A stretch of DNA of 63,304 nucleotides, counting the filler. It is 7 parts of 7 records of this genome, joined end to end, with 100 filler letters (N's around TTAATTAATTAA, not from the genome) between each part and the next. Parts side by side here need not be neighbours in the genome. Positions count along the whole stretch, not along the records: positions 49,039 to 55,731 come from SRR20825010_1681; positions 55,832 to 59,461 come from SRR20825010_1682; positions 59,562 to 63,304 come from SRR20825010_1714; 4 more parts are not named here. One strand, written 5' to 3'. Positions within the stretch are counted from its first letter, which is position 1; every line of letters begins with the position of its first letter. A program made the position numbers and the translations under genes. The notes beneath the pieces are model-generated. The model ran no database searches, had not been told where the DNA came from, and saw nothing but the letters and a program-made list of their open reading frames with translations. Positions 49,039 to 60,294 of this stretch are shown here, in pieces.

Positions 49039-51191
49039 ATGGATGGCCGGGCATCGGCGCAGCGACATGCGTCGCGGCTGCGGGTGCGCTCGGACAGGAC
49101 ACGCCGCCGCCGGCCCGGCCGGTCGTGACGCTGGGCGCCGCCCTCGTAGAGAGTGCGCCGACCATCGACGGCTCCCTCGACGACGCCTCCTGGCAGGACG
49201 CCCCGGTCATCGACGCCTTCACGCAGGTCAACCCGATCAACGGCGCGCCGCCGACCGAGCGGACCGAGGTGCGCCTGCTCTACGACGCCGACACGCTCTA
49301 TCTCGGCGTCCGGTGCTTCGATTCGCAGCCGGGGAAGATCGTGGCCCGATCGATGGCCCGCGACGCCGACCACGGCTCCGACGACCGCATCACATTCACG
49401 CTCGACACGTTCTCCGATCGTCGCAACGGGTATGTGTTCGTCGTCAGCGCGGCCGGGGGCAAACGCGACGGCCTGATCGAGAGCACCCGCACACGCTGGG
49501 AATGGGACGGGCTCTGGACCGCCAAGACCCGCGTCGACGAGCTGGGCTGGACCGCCGAGATCGCGATCCCGACCAAGACGCTGTCGTTCAACCCGGCCAA
49601 CACCGCGTGGGGCTTCAACATCGAGCGGTTCATCCGCCACAAAAACGAGTCGATGCGCTGGGCGACCCCCACCCGAGACTCCGCGGTCACCCTCATGAAC
49701 GGCACCGGCGAGATCGAGAACCTCGCCGGGCTGGTGCAGGGTCTCGGCCTGACCGTCAAACCCTTCCTGACCGCCAAGGCCGACCTCGACACCGGCGATC
49801 TCAAGTTCGAACCCGGTGTGGATCTGTTCTACAAGATCACGCCCTCCACCACCGCCGCCCTCACGATCAACACCGACTTCGCCGAGACCGAGGTGGACAC
49901 GCGCCAGGTCAACCTCACACGCTTCCCGCTCTTCTTCCCCGAGAAGCGCGCGTTCTTCCTCGAGGATTCCGGCATCTTCGAGTTCGGCGGCATCAACCAG
50001 TCGCCCAAGCCCTTCTTCAGCCGCCGCATCGGCATCGTGCGGGGTCAGGAAAAGGACATCCTCGCCGGACTGCGCGTGACCGGACGCAGCGACGGCCTGC
50101 GGTTCGGTGTGCTCGACGTCCAGATGAAGGACGACGACGACCTCGGCGCAAAGAACCTCGGCGTGGTCCGGCTCAAGCACGACGTGGGCGATGAGTCGGC
50201 GGTCGGGCTGATCCTCACCAATGGCGCGCCCGGCCGACGCGGCAACAACCAGCTGGTCGGCGTGGACTACAACTACGTCAACAGCGACGCCCTCGGCGGA
50301 CGTGTCTCGGCCGACCTCTGGGCCATGCTCACGCACGACGACCCCGCGGAGGTCCAGGCCGACAACGACGACCCTTACGCCTACGGCGGGCGGTTCGGCT
50401 GGAACGCCGACCCGTACAGCTTCTCGCTCTTTGCCGCGGAAGTCGGACGCGACTTCCGGCCCGGGCTCGGCTTCGTGCAGCGTCCCGGCACGCGGGAGTA
50501 CGCCGTCCGCGGCGGCTACACGTGGCGGCCCGAAGACGGCGGCTGGATCCGCTCGATCAGCACGACGGTCGGCGCCAGCGCCTACACGACACTCGGCAGC
50601 GATGTGCAGTCCGCCGACCTCGACCTGCCGCGGGTCACGCTCAACACCGAGTCCGGCGACTCGCTCTTCGCCGTCGCGCTGTTCGACCGCGAGCTGCTCG
50701 ACGACCCGTTCGAGATCGTTGACGGGGTGACGATCCCCACCGGCGAATACGACAACGCCGGGTGGCGCACCGGGTTTACCACGTCCTCCGCCCGGCCCGT
50801 CGTGGTGCAGGCCAACTACTCCGAGCGGGGCTTCTACGACGGCACACGCAAGGACACCTTCGTCAACGCCACCTACCGACCGACGGCCGCGCTCGCGCTG
50901 ACGGGGGAGTACTTCCTCAACGAGATCGAGCTGAGCGACGGCGACTTCACCGTCCGCACGGCGCGCGCGCAGGCGACGCTGCAGTTCAGCCCCGAGCTGA
51001 GCTGGGACACCACGCTGCAGTGGGACAACCAGTCCGACCAGGCCGGGCTCAACAGCCGCGTCCGCTACGAGTTCCGCCCCGGGCAAGAGGTCTTCGTGGT
51101 CTACAACGAGGGCTTCGATGTCGAGGACGACGAGTTCGAGTCGATCGACCGGGGCGTCACCGTCAAGGTCGGGCTCACGTTCCGCTTCTGA
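49039..51191 (+). CDS. CBM9-like / DUF5916 outer-membrane protein, probably 5'-truncated
   Basis: PTIDGSLDDASW, GWTAEIAIP, NTDFAETEVD, NLTRFPLFFPEKRAFFLE, FFSRRIG; C-terminal Phe. Confidence 0.85.
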
Positions 51192-51238
51192 GACGCCCGG
51201 TCAACCCAGCCCCGACGCACGCACGCCCCGCGGCAGGC

Positions 51239-52447
51239 TCACGCCTCCGCCAGCGCGAGCCGGCACATCATCTCGACACCCGTCGCCAGCGCGTCATCGT
51301 TGAAATCGAACTGCGGCTGGTGCAGCTTGGGCGTGGTCGCCGGGTCCGCCCCCGGCGCGAGCAACCCCAGCAGGAAGAAGCACGCCGGGACGTGCTGGCC
51401 GTAATAGCTGAAGTCCTCGCCGCCGAGCGAGGGGTGCTCGACCAGCGAGACACGATCGTCGCCGATGCCGTCGCGGGCGATCGAGAAAAACCGCTCGGTC
51501 AGCGCCGCATCGTTCGCCGTGACCGGGTAGCCCTCGTCCCACTGGATTTCCGCGTGGCAGCCCTGCGCCGCGGCCGTCTGTTCGACGATCCCGAAGAACC
51601 GCTCTTTGGCCAGCCGCCTGGTCTCGGGCCGCAGCGTGCGGACGGTGCCGATGAACTCGACCTCGGTCGGGATGACGTTGTTGGCGGTGCCCCCCGCCAC
51701 GCGTCCGACGGTCACGACCACCGAGTCGGTCGGGCCGACATGCCGCGACGCGATGGACTGGATAGCGGTGATGACGTGCGCCGTCGCGAGCACCGGGTCG
51801 CTCGCCATGTGCGGATAGGCCGCGTGACCGCCCGTCCCGCGCACGCGGACCACGAAGTCGTCGGTCGCCGCCAGCAGCGGGCCGGGCCTGGTGGCGACGT
51901 GCCCGACCGGGATCTCCGGCCAGCCGTGCAGCCCGAACACCCTGCCGACGCGCGGGCCGACGCCGCCGCCCTCTTCACCGAGCAGGCAGCCCTCATCGCA
52001 CATCCGCAGGCCGCCCGCGCCGCCCTCCTCGGCCGGCTGGAACAGGAACGTGACCGGGTTGGGTCGGTGCTCGAGCCTGCTGAGCGCGCGCGCCGCGCCC
52101 AGCAGGATCGCGGTGTGACCGTCGTGCCCGCACGCGTGCATCACGCCGTTGGTCTCGGAGGCGTAGGGGCGCCCGGTGATCTCGGTCAGCGGCAGCGCGT
52201 CCATGTCGGCACGCAGCGCGACCGCGTCGCGCGACCCGCCGTCGGTCGCCGGCAGGTGAGCCACAACGCCCGTCTTGGCGATCCGCGGCTTGTGGGCGAT
52301 CCCGAGCTTGTCGAGTTCCTCGCACACCCTCGCGTTGGTGCGCTCCTCCTCGTAGCTCAGCTCCGGGTGGCGGTGCAGGTCGTGGCGGAACGCCACCAAC
52401 TCCGCAAGATCGGCCTCGACAACATCACGCAGACGGTCTGTACTCAT
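51239..52447 (-). CDS. M20 family amidohydrolase
   Basis: HRHPELSYEE, LRADMDALP, MHACGHDGH, FQPAEEGG, GGEDF. Confidence 0.95.
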   Translation of the reverse strand: MSTDRLRDVVEADLAELVAFRHDLHRHPELSYEEERTNARVCEELDKLGIAHKPRIAKTGVVAHLPATDGGSRDAVALRADMDALPLTEITGRPYASETNGVMHACGHDGHTAILLGAARALSRLEHRPNPVTFLFQPAEEGGAGGLRMCDEGCLLGEEGGGVGPRVGRVFGLHGWPEIPVGHVATRPGPLLAATDDFVVRVRGTGGHAAYPHMASDPVLATAHVITAIQSIASRHVGPTDSVVVTVGRVAGGTANNVIPTEVEFIGTVRTLRPETRRLAKERFFGIVEQTAAAQGCHAEIQWDEGYPVTANDAALTERFFSIARDGIGDDRVSLVEHPSLGGEDFSYYGQHVPACFFLLGLLAPGADPATTPKLHQPQFDFNDDALATGVEMMCRLALAEA

Positions 52448-52519
52448 GCGTCGATGGTAGGGCGGCCGCGCACGGCCCTCGGGCGAGAATCCTCACCGCG
52501 CGGCCCCGCCGGGCATCCG

Positions 52520-53923
52520 CTACGCCGCGAGAACCACGGGGCACGACGGGGCATCCCCGTGCATATCCATCCGCACAGCGTCGAACTCGTGCTCGATCGA
52601 TCGGAACACCCCGACGATGACCGGGTCGAAATGCGAGCCCGAACTCTCCGTGATGATCGCGACCGCCTCCTCGTGCGACATCGCGGCCTTGTAAACCCGC
52701 CACGAGGTCAGCGCGTCGTAGACATCCACCAACGCCACGATGCGCGCCTCCAGCGCGATCCTCTCACCCGCGATCCCGAGCGGGTAGCCCGTCCCGTCCC
52801 ACCGCTCGTGATGCTCGAGCGCGATGCAGATGCTCATGTCCAGCAGGTCGTCGTCCCCCAGCTCGCGCCGGATCGCGATCAGCGTGTCGGCGCCGATCGT
52901 GGTGTGCGCCTGCATCCGCCGGTGCTCATCCGGTGTAAACCGACCGGGCTTGAGCAGCAACTCGTCGGGCACGCCGACCTTGCCGATATCGTGCAGGCTC
53001 GACGCCAGCCGCAGCCGGTCGATCCACGCCTCATCGATCTCCGGGCGGATATCCGCCAGCCGCTCGGCCAAGAGGCAGCTGTACCGGCTGATCCGCTCGA
53101 GATGCAGCCCCGTGTCGCTGTCGCGACAGTCGGCCAGCTTGGCCAACCCCATGATCAGCGCATCGCGCGCGCGCAGATTCTCGTGCGTCCGCCGCTCGAC
53201 CTCGTCCTCGAGCGAACGGTTGATCTCCTCGAGCGCGTAGTCGTACCGCCGCATGACCCACAGAGTGCTCATCGCCGTCAGGCCCATCACCGAGAGCACG
53301 GCCGCACCCGCCACCACGCCGACGACGAAGGTCGCCTGCGAGGAGAGCGACACCAACCCGGCCTCCGGCTGGTGCACGACCAGGCGTGCGCCAAGCTCGG
53401 GGACGTACCTCGTCGCGACAAAATGCGTGCCGCCGAGGAAGAACCGGAGCTGCCCCGCCACCGTCTCGGCCCGCGGGGCCGAGCCCAGCATGAGATCGCC
53501 CTCGTCATCGGCCGTCGTCAGCGACATATGCCCGAGCACGTCGCCCCGGAGCGACGGAAGCCGCCGCAGGTCCGGGTGGCACAGGATCTTCCCCTCTTCA
53601 TCCAGCAGGCACGCGAACCCGTCGCCGGGCAGCTGCACCCGCTCCACCCGCTCCTGCACCATCGACCAGTTCTCGGAGCCGTACTCCAGCGGCCCGTCGA
53701 CACCCTCGGCCAGCTGCCCGACGAGCCACTCCGACACCCGAACGTTCTCGTCCAGCACGATGTCCTGGACCGCCTCCGCCGTCGCGTGCCGCACCTGGCG
53801 GAACGTCACGATCCACCCCAGACCCAGCACCACCGCCTGCAGCAGCACGATCGCAACGATCGCACCGCGCTTGGTGCGGAAGCGGGCCTCCCAGAACCTC
53901 TTGTATGCAGATTTACGAACCAC
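52520..53923 (-). CDS. HD-GYP c-di-GMP phosphodiesterase with periplasmic (Cache-like) sensor; start approximate
   Basis: Two TMs flanking a sensor domain; DTGLHLERI, LHDIGK, HHERWDGTGYP, DVYDALT. Confidence 0.9.
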   Translation of the reverse strand: MVRKSAYKRFWEARFRTKRGAIVAIVLLQAVVLGLGWIVTFRQVRHATAEAVQDIVLDENVRVSEWLVGQLAEGVDGPLEYGSENWSMVQERVERVQLPGDGFACLLDEEGKILCHPDLRRLPSLRGDVLGHMSLTTADDEGDLMLGSAPRAETVAGQLRFFLGGTHFVATRYVPELGARLVVHQPEAGLVSLSSQATFVVGVVAGAAVLSVMGLTAMSTLWVMRRYDYALEEINRSLEDEVERRTHENLRARDALIMGLAKLADCRDSDTGLHLERISRYSCLLAERLADIRPEIDEAWIDRLRLASSLHDIGKVGVPDELLLKPGRFTPDEHRRMQAHTTIGADTLIAIRRELGDDDLLDMSICIALEHHERWDGTGYPLGIAGERIALEARIVALVDVYDALTSWRVYKAAMSHEEAVAIITESSGSHFDPVIVGVFRSIEHEFDAVRMDMHGDAPSCPVVLAA

Positions 53924-54103
53924 GACCCGATTGTCGGCGTGCCCGCTTGGCCTGAGCAACCCGAACACCCGGGCCGGGTTCCCGCGGCCGAGGCAAACAC
54001 CGATCACCCCATCCAATCGGCGCAACTCCAACACAGGACCGGCGTTATGAGGCCCGACCCCGTCGGGATTCCTCCGACCGATAGCAACCCTCCGGACGCC
54101 CGA

Positions 54104-55231
54104 TCAGCCCCCCCCGAGCACCTCGTCGCACAGGGCCATCGCCTCGTCGTCAGCCGCGGCCACCGCCTGCAGGTCGGGCAACCACCCCCGCGGCACCGAG
54201 AACTCGGCGAGGCCCGGCACGCTCGGCCGACGCACCGGGATGTTGTGCGAATCGCTCTCGGCGAGAATCGTCTCGGCCCGCCCGCCCAGCAGATACTCCA
54301 TCAGGCGGCCGGCGGCCCCGCCGTTCGGACCGCCGCGCACCCTCGCCACGGTGTTCGGGATGAGCATCGGTCCGAAGCTCGGCAGGCCCGACGCCCCCGA
54401 GCCGTCTGCATCGGGCGTCTCGAACACCGCACGGACGCCCCCGCCCCGGCGCTGCTGCGCCCAGACATCGTCGGTATCGGTCAGGCAGACGTCCAGTTCG
54501 CCCTCGGTCACGGCCCGGACCACGGTCGAGTTGCCGTCGTACAGCCGCAGCCCGTTAGCCGCCATCGCCTCGAGCCACGCCCGGAAGACCGCCGTCCCGG
54601 CGGTCGCCAGCAGCGCGCCCATATGCCCGCGCGTCGTGCCGAACCGCGGGCGGGCCATACCCACCCGCCCCCGGAACCGGTCGCCAGTCAGGTCGCGCAG
54701 CCGGCTCGGTGGCGCGTCGCCAAACCCCTCCCGCACCGCGAGCACGCGCGCGCGCAGCGCGAACCCGAACCACGACCCGTCCGCCGCGTCCAGCCGCCCG
54801 CGGAGTGCCGCGTCGGTGATCTCCGGCGGCGTGATACCCGCCGGCTCAAGAAGCCCCATCCCCGCCAGGCGGATCGTCCCGAACGGCTCGCTCGACCACC
54901 AGACATCGGCGCGGGGCTCGTTCCGCTCGGCGATGAGCCGTTCGAGCAGACCCGTGGTCTTGGTCGCCTCCGTGTCGCCCAGCAGACGCACCCGGACGCC
55001 GCTCTCGGCCTCGAAGGCGCTCACCACATCCCGCAGCACAAAGTCATCGACCGAGCTGTAGAGCACCACTTCGCCGGCCCCGCCCCGGCCGCTGCGCGCG
55101 CAACCGCCGAGCAGCGCACCCGTCGCGCCCAGAGCCGCGGCTCCGATCGCGACAACCGCGTCACGACGCGGAATTGACTGGTGGATTCGATCCGCCCGGC
55201 ACGTCAGTCCGGGCACCGCTTCTCCCGACAC
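54104..55231 (-). CDS. ABC transporter substrate-binding lipoprotein (Fe3+/AfuA-like), Tat-like signal
   Basis: RRDAVVAIG...LGGC; VVLYSSVD, PRADVWWS, TDTDD, IPNTV. Confidence 0.82.
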   Translation of the reverse strand: MSGEAVPGLTCRADRIHQSIPRRDAVVAIGAAALGATGALLGGCARSGRGGAGEVVLYSSVDDFVLRDVVSAFEAESGVRVRLLGDTEATKTTGLLERLIAERNEPRADVWWSSEPFGTIRLAGMGLLEPAGITPPEITDAALRGRLDAADGSWFGFALRARVLAVREGFGDAPPSRLRDLTGDRFRGRVGMARPRFGTTRGHMGALLATAGTAVFRAWLEAMAANGLRLYDGNSTVVRAVTEGELDVCLTDTDDVWAQQRRGGGVRAVFETPDADGSGASGLPSFGPMLIPNTVARVRGGPNGGAAGRLMEYLLGGRAETILAESDSHNIPVRRPSVPGLAEFSVPRGWLPDLQAVAAADDEAMALCDEVLGGG

Positions 55232-55235
55232 CCGA

Positions 55236-55731
55236 TCAGTCCTCCCCGCCCGAGGTCTCGCCCCCGGACGTGGATTCCTTGTCGGGCTGGGTCTTGGCCT
55301 GCTCGGCCTTCACCCGCTCGCCGAGGCGGCCGTAGTAGTGCTTGACCGCGCTGCGGAACTGCGGATCGACGTTCATGTTGGCGATCTCTTCGGCCGCCTG
55401 CTCGGCCGCCTGCTCGATGGCGGCACCAAACTCGGCCCGGGCCTCGCCCTTGACCTGCTCTTCAAAGACATACCGCGACGCGATCACCGCGCCGCCCTGG
55501 TTCTGCACGTTCGCCTTCTCGCCCTTGAAGAAGAAGTCGGCGGTCTCGGCGTCGGGCCCGGCGCCGTTGCCCTTGCCGGGGCCGCCCGAGCCGCTGCCCT
55601 GCGCCATCGAGCTGCCCTCGGAGAACTGCCCGGTCGCGCCCGGCTTGCTCGCGGCCCAGCCGCTGCCGGGGCTGCTGCCGCTGCACTCACCCAGCGCCGC
55701 CATCTGCCCCTGGCACTGGCCCATCGCGTCC
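55236..55731 (-). CDS. C-terminal fragment of a large Gly/Gln-rich hypothetical protein
   Basis: Open frame running into the gap; GSGSGGPGKG, VKHYYGRL. Confidence 0.65.
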
Positions 55732-55831
55732 NNNNNNNNNNNNNNNNNNNNNNNNNNNNNNNNNNNNNNNNNNNNTTAATTAATTAANNNNNNNNNNNNN
55801 NNNNNNNNNNNNNNNNNNNNNNNNNNNNNNN
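55732..55831. other. Artificial contig spacer
   Basis: N44-TTAATTAATTAA-N44. Confidence 0.99.
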
Positions 55832-55928
55832 GCTGCATCGCGCTTGTGGTTTTTCCTGGCTCGCACGAAAAATCCTGTCCACCGGACTGCTTCCAGCTAG
55901 AGATGATTGGCTCTCGCGCCAGGACCGT

Positions 55929-55942
55929 TTGATAAGGATCAA
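55929..55942. promoter_or_regulatory. FNR/FixK box upstream of usp
   Basis: TTGAT-AAGG-ATCAA, a perfect consensus, 74 nt before the ATG. Confidence 0.88.
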
Positions 55943-56015
55943 TGCGTCCGCACTGCGCGCACCGCATGATGCCTGCATAGACGCATTTTTCGCGCCGCTC
56001 AGAGGAGACTTTATT

Positions 56016-56858
56016 ATGGCCTATCATACGATCCTTGCCGTCTACGCAACACTGGCTGACGTGGCACCGGTGACTTCGGCCATTGCGGGTTTCGCGGCCG
56101 GCACGGACGTGCATCTGATCGGCTGCCACGGGGAACCGTCCCAGTTCGTCGTCCTGTCGGCCCCGATCGACGTGCCCGACGCGGCCACCATTGCAGCCCT
56201 TTACGAACAGGCCGATGTCCGCATGCGCGAAGTCGGCGATGCGTTCGACAAGGCGTGCGAAGCCGAAGGCCTGTCGCACGAGTGGCGTCCGGTCCGCTCG
56301 CCCGGCGGCGACAGCGCGATTTCCGCGCTTGTCAGCGCCCGCTCGGCCGATCTGGTGGTTGTGCGCCAGCCCGACCGGGCGGCCAACGAGGACATGGCCA
56401 CCAATGTCGAGGCGCTGCTGTTCGAAGGCGGGCGTCCGGTTCTGTTTCTGCCGTCAAGCGGCAAGCTGGCAACGCCGATCAAGCGGATTGTCGTAGCCTG
56501 GGACGGATCCCGCGAGGCCGCGCGCGCCACCCACGACGCGCTGCCCTTGCTCAAGGCGGCCGAAGCCGTCGAAATCGTCATTGTCGACCCCGACAAGCTG
56601 CCCGACATCGATGCACCGCTCGCCGGCACGGATATCGCAAGCTGTCTGTCGCGGCACGGCATCCATGTCAATGTCACGACCGTCTCCAAGGGATCGGGCT
56701 CGACCGCCGAGGCCATTTCGGCCCAGGTCACCGCCAGCAATGCGGATCTTGTGGTGATGGGTGCCTACACCCATCAGCGCCTCAGGGAATGGCTGTTCGG
56801 CGGCGTCACCAGGGCCTTCCTGGAAAACTCCCCGGTTCCGGTTCTGATGTCACGTTGA
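56016..56858 (+). CDS. Universal stress protein (tandem USP domains)
   Basis: ARSADLVVV, GGRPVL, VAWDGSREAARA, DLVVMGAYTH..LREWLFGGVTR; AGGAG RBS. Confidence 0.93.
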   Translation: MAYHTILAVYATLADVAPVTSAIAGFAAGTDVHLIGCHGEPSQFVVLSAPIDVPDAATIAALYEQADVRMREVGDAFDKACEAEGLSHEWRPVRSPGGDSAISALVSARSADLVVVRQPDRAANEDMATNVEALLFEGGRPVLFLPSSGKLATPIKRIVVAWDGSREAARATHDALPLLKAAEAVEIVIVDPDKLPDIDAPLAGTDIASCLSRHGIHVNVTTVSKGSGSTAEAISAQVTASNADLVVMGAYTHQRLREWLFGGVTRAFLENSPVPVLMSR

Positions 56859-57182
56859 TCTGACCACCCCGCTTTGGCGTGCGGTGCGAAACCGCCGCAC
56901 GCCCTATTTCAACAGCAGCCACAGCGCCACGCCTGCAAAAGTCCCATCCCTGAACGCCCGAAGCGGAAGGACGGCGGTTCTCTTGCGTGCATTTCCTCCA
57001 GGACGGTCCGCCGATGCTTGCGCGCTGCACGGCTCGCCGCCACCCGATTCCATCCAGGCTGACGACAATGGTTCATAGTTGCACCGGCTGACTTGCATTC
57101 GCCCTGAGATTCCGGCTATTTGCCCCGCTTGGATCATCAAACGGCAGCCATCGGGGTTGTTGCACACGCAAGGAAGCCAGCC

Positions 57183-57680
57183 ATGTCTCTTCCAGACAAA
57201 GCCTTTCCGGTCTCATGGGACCAGTTCCATCGTGACGCGCGCGCGCTTGCATGGCGGCTGAGCGGAAGCGGGCAGGCCTGGAATGCGATCGTCTGCATCA
57301 CCCGCGGCGGGCTTGTTCCCGCGGCCATCATCTCCCGCGAACTCGACATCCGCCGCATCGATACCGTCTCGGTGGCTTCCTATCATGATTATGTCAATCA
57401 AGGCGAAATGCAGGTCTTGAAGGAAATCAACTCCGATATCCTGGAAACAGAGGGCGAAGGCGTCCTCATTGTCGACGACCTGACCGACACCGGCAAGACG
57501 GCGGCAATCGTCAGGGCGATGCTGCCGAAGGCCCACTTTGCCACCGTCTACGCCAAGCCGAAGGGCCGGCCGCTGGTCGACACCTTCGTCACCGAAGTCA
57601 GCCAGGACACCTGGATCTACTTCCCCTGGGACATGGGCTTTGCCTATGTCGAACCGATCGCCAAGGACTCCCGCGGCTAG
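57183..57680 (+). CDS. gpt: Xanthine-guanine phosphoribosyltransferase
   Basis: [46 protein letters not shown]. Confidence 0.95.
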   Translation: MSLPDKAFPVSWDQFHRDARALAWRLSGSGQAWNAIVCITRGGLVPAAIISRELDIRRIDTVSVASYHDYVNQGEMQVLKEINSDILETEGEGVLIVDDLTDTGKTAAIVRAMLPKAHFATVYAKPKGRPLVDTFVTEVSQDTWIYFPWDMGFAYVEPIAKDSRG

Positions 57681-57783
57681 GGCAATTCCAGCGAAAGTAG
57701 AAACCGGTTTCGCGGCCGGAATTGCGTGTAAATAGAAAGACATAGTTTTTCCGGCGATCCTGATTTCGCCGAAAATGTTCTAG
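57677..57783. repeat. Rhizobial intergenic palindromic repeat (RIME/BRU-RS-like MITE)
   Basis: 107 bp bounded by CTAG; two hairpins GCAATTCC...GGAATTGC and TTTTCCGGCGA...TCGCCGAAAA separated by an A-rich spacer. Confidence 0.8.
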
Positions 57784-57862
57784 CGCGCCGCAGCCAGCTA
57801 TCGATGACGAGCTGGTTGCCGCCGGCGATGTAGCGGCCACCCCTCTCTAATAGCGGCACTCG

Positions 57863-57877
57863 TTAACCGTCTCTTAT
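57863..57877 (+). promoter_or_regulatory. Possible CtrA-binding site upstream of the MCP operon
   Basis: TTAA-CCGTCTC-TTAT versus TTAA-N7-TTAA. Confidence 0.4.
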
Positions 57878-57990
57878 ATAGATGTGTAACAATATGGGGC
57901 GACCATTAATGATCCCGGCTGGAATGATATCAGCTTGTCAAAGCCCGTGTCGGGCATGCATCGCGGCCAATCGGCATATCATTCACCATC

Positions 57991-58326
57991 ATGCGACCAT
58001 CCACGTCAGATACCGGCAATAAGCTCAGGCAATACCGCATAGTCGGTATGAACCTTGCCGTGATCCTTGTCGTTCTGTCCGCGGCCGCGATCGTTCCGCG
58101 CAACGGCCAGGCCCTGGTGATTGTCTCCCCCTGGAGTGATCCCGGGCGAGTCATCGAGGTCATTGCCGACGCCGGTGGATCGGTCATGAACGGCACCGGC
58201 GCGCCCTATGCCGCAATCGCCCATTCCGACGAACCCGGGTTCGCCTTCCGCTTGTTCAAATCCGGCGCAATGCTGGTCCTCGACGGCAGTCTCGCTTTCT
58301 TTTGCAGGAGCACTTCTTCGCCATGA
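57991..58326 (+). CDS. Small hypothetical membrane or secreted protein coupled to the MCP (start may be 58048)
   Basis: Hydrophobic N-terminus; its TGA overlaps the MCP ATG (ATGA at 58323-58326). Confidence 0.65.
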   Translation: MRPSTSDTGNKLRQYRIVGMNLAVILVVLSAAAIVPRNGQALVIVSPWSDPGRVIEVIADAGGSVMNGTGAPYAAIAHSDEPGFAFRLFKSGAMLVLDGSLAFFCRSTSSP

Positions 58327-59461
58327 ACTACATGAACCAACTTCGCACCCGCGCGGCCATCGCTATCGTCTCGCTGCTTTGGATCAATCTCGGGATGATG
58401 ATCCTGCGTTACCTCTGGGGCATGCAGGCCGATCCTGTCATCGTCCTGGGCGGCGGCGCCGCCATCGCCGCTGCAGCCACCCTGACATGGTGGCGTGACC
58501 GGACCGGCACGGCAACTCAGATCTCGACGGCACTGGCGCACGCGGCAAGTGTTGCGCTTCTTGTCTATGCGTTCTCCGGCTCTCCGCTGCAGATCGACAT
58601 GCACATGTACTTCTTCGCCAGCCTGGCGATCTGCGCATCCTGGGTCAACTGGCAGCCCATCCTGGCCTTTGCCGGCCTGACGGCGGTCCATCACCTGGCG
58701 CTGTTCTTCCTGATCCCCGCGGCCGTTTTCCCCGGTGAAACGGATTTCAGCCGCGTCGTGTTGCACGCGGTCATCCTGATTCTCGAGGCCGGTGCGCTGG
58801 TGGCTCTTGGCCACTCGCTGGCAAGCGCCTTCGCCCAGAATGACGAGGCGATGCGCGAAACCGAAATCGCCAACAGGCAGGCCGGCGAGATGTCGCGCAA
58901 GGCCGAGGCGGCACAGCAGCAGAACCTCGAGGATGCCAGGAAGCGCGAAGCCGAACGCGCGTCCGACACCGAGCGCCTGCAGTTTGCCATGCAATCGCTT
59001 GGCCGCGGGCTTCGCCAGCTGGCCGAAGGCGACCTCCGCTTCCGTCTCAACGACCGGTTCGACGATACGCTGGAAGTTCTCAGAAGCGATTTCAACTCCT
59101 CGATGGAATCGCTCGAGCAACTGGTTGCCGAACTGAGTAGCTCCGCGCGTCAGATGAGCGAGGGCTCCAACGGCGTCTGCGCCGATGCCGAGCGGATTTC
59201 CCAACGCACCGAACAGCAGGCCGTTTCGCTGGAAGAAACCGCCGCTGCAATCGGCCGCATCACCGAAAACGTCCAGACCGCGTCCAAGCGCGCCGGAGAG
59301 GCAGGAACCCTGGTCGACGAAGCGACGAAGAACGCCTCCGTTTCCGAGCAGATCGTCTCCAAGGCGGTCAGTGCCATGACCGAGATCGAAGGCTCCTCGC
59401 GTCAGATCGGCCAGATCATCACCGTGATCGACGAAATCGCCTTCCAGACCAATCTTCTGGC
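58323..59461 (+). CDS. Methyl-accepting chemotaxis protein, 3'-truncated
   Basis: Multi-TM N-terminus, HAMP (LAEGDL...LRSDFN), RTEQQAVSLEETAAA, IDEIAFQTNLL. Confidence 0.93.
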
Positions 59462-59561
59462 NNNNNNNNNNNNNNNNNNNNNNNNNNNNNNNNNNNNNNN
59501 NNNNNTTAATTAATTAANNNNNNNNNNNNNNNNNNNNNNNNNNNNNNNNNNNNNNNNNNNN
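59462..59561. other. Artificial contig spacer
   Basis: N44-TTAATTAATTAA-N44. Confidence 0.99.
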
Positions 59562-59768
59562 GCGTCCGCCGTGACGCATTTCCGCAGTATTCGACATTCG
59601 GGGCTCCCTGAGATGCGCATTGTCTTGGTGGGGCGCTTTTGCGCGTGACCGGATTTCATCATGGTTAAACCGGCCCGTAAAGATGGGGTTCACCTTGAAA
59701 CAGATTTTTTCGTCAATCTTTTGAAATCGTTCCAATTAGATTGATCGCTTATTCGCTTACAACGAGAT

Positions 59769-60290
59769 TTAAAAATACCGTTCCGTGATGTGAATAATAT
59801 CACCAGGCAATACAATGCTTTGCTCGTTGGCCTGAATCTCGACGCGATTATCGTCGCGGCCACGCATGATAATGATGTCATCCTGATCGGCGCGATAAGT
59901 GTAACCGCCACCAAGTGCGACGGCATTCAATACGTTCATTCCTGAAGCATACCCGTACTCACCGGGCTCATTGACTTCGCCAATAATATAGACGGGGCGG
60001 AAATGAAGAACATCAATGGATACAACGGGATGGCGTAGATAACCGTCTGCAAGGACGTTGGCGATGGTTTGCTGTGCGGCTTGTGGCGTGAGGTCGCGCA
60101 AGGTAACCGTTCCGATCAGGGGCAGAGTGACGGATCCGTCTGCACCGACCGAGAAATCACCTGAAAGAGATTCCTCGTCGAAAACCGTGATACGCAGCTT
60201 GTCTCCGCTATCAATCGTGTAGACGGTCTGGGCATGAACGCCACCTGAAACCGCGAACAAAAGGATTGCAGTCAGAATTATGTTTTTCAT
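59769..60290 (-). CDS. Polysaccharide export protein (Wza/Poly_export plus SLBB)
   Basis: YTIDSGDKLRITVF, DGSVTLPLIG, GEVNEPG, ALGGGYTYRA, PGDII. Confidence 0.92.
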   Translation of the reverse strand: MKNIILTAILLFAVSGGVHAQTVYTIDSGDKLRITVFDEESLSGDFSVGADGSVTLPLIGTVTLRDLTPQAAQQTIANVLADGYLRHPVVSIDVLHFRPVYIIGEVNEPGEYGYASGMNVLNAVALGGGYTYRADQDDIIIMRGRDDNRVEIQANEQSIVLPGDIIHITERYF

Positions 60291-60294
60291 GACA

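Noticed and set aside
50762..55177. 1471-aa plus-strand ORF
   Set aside because: Antisense shadow of three well-supported minus-strand genes in very high-GC DNA; Arg/Pro-rich with no motifs.
22615..59561. Six identical TTAATTAATTAA motifs flanked by N runs
   Set aside because: Artificial contig-joining spacers. Genes on opposite sides are not neighbours, so no cross-spacer system can be inferred.
59562..59597. Start of a minus-strand gene (MSNTAEMRHGGR) after the export gene, perhaps a chain-length regulator
   Set aside because: Only 12 codons before the gap; the product cannot be supported.
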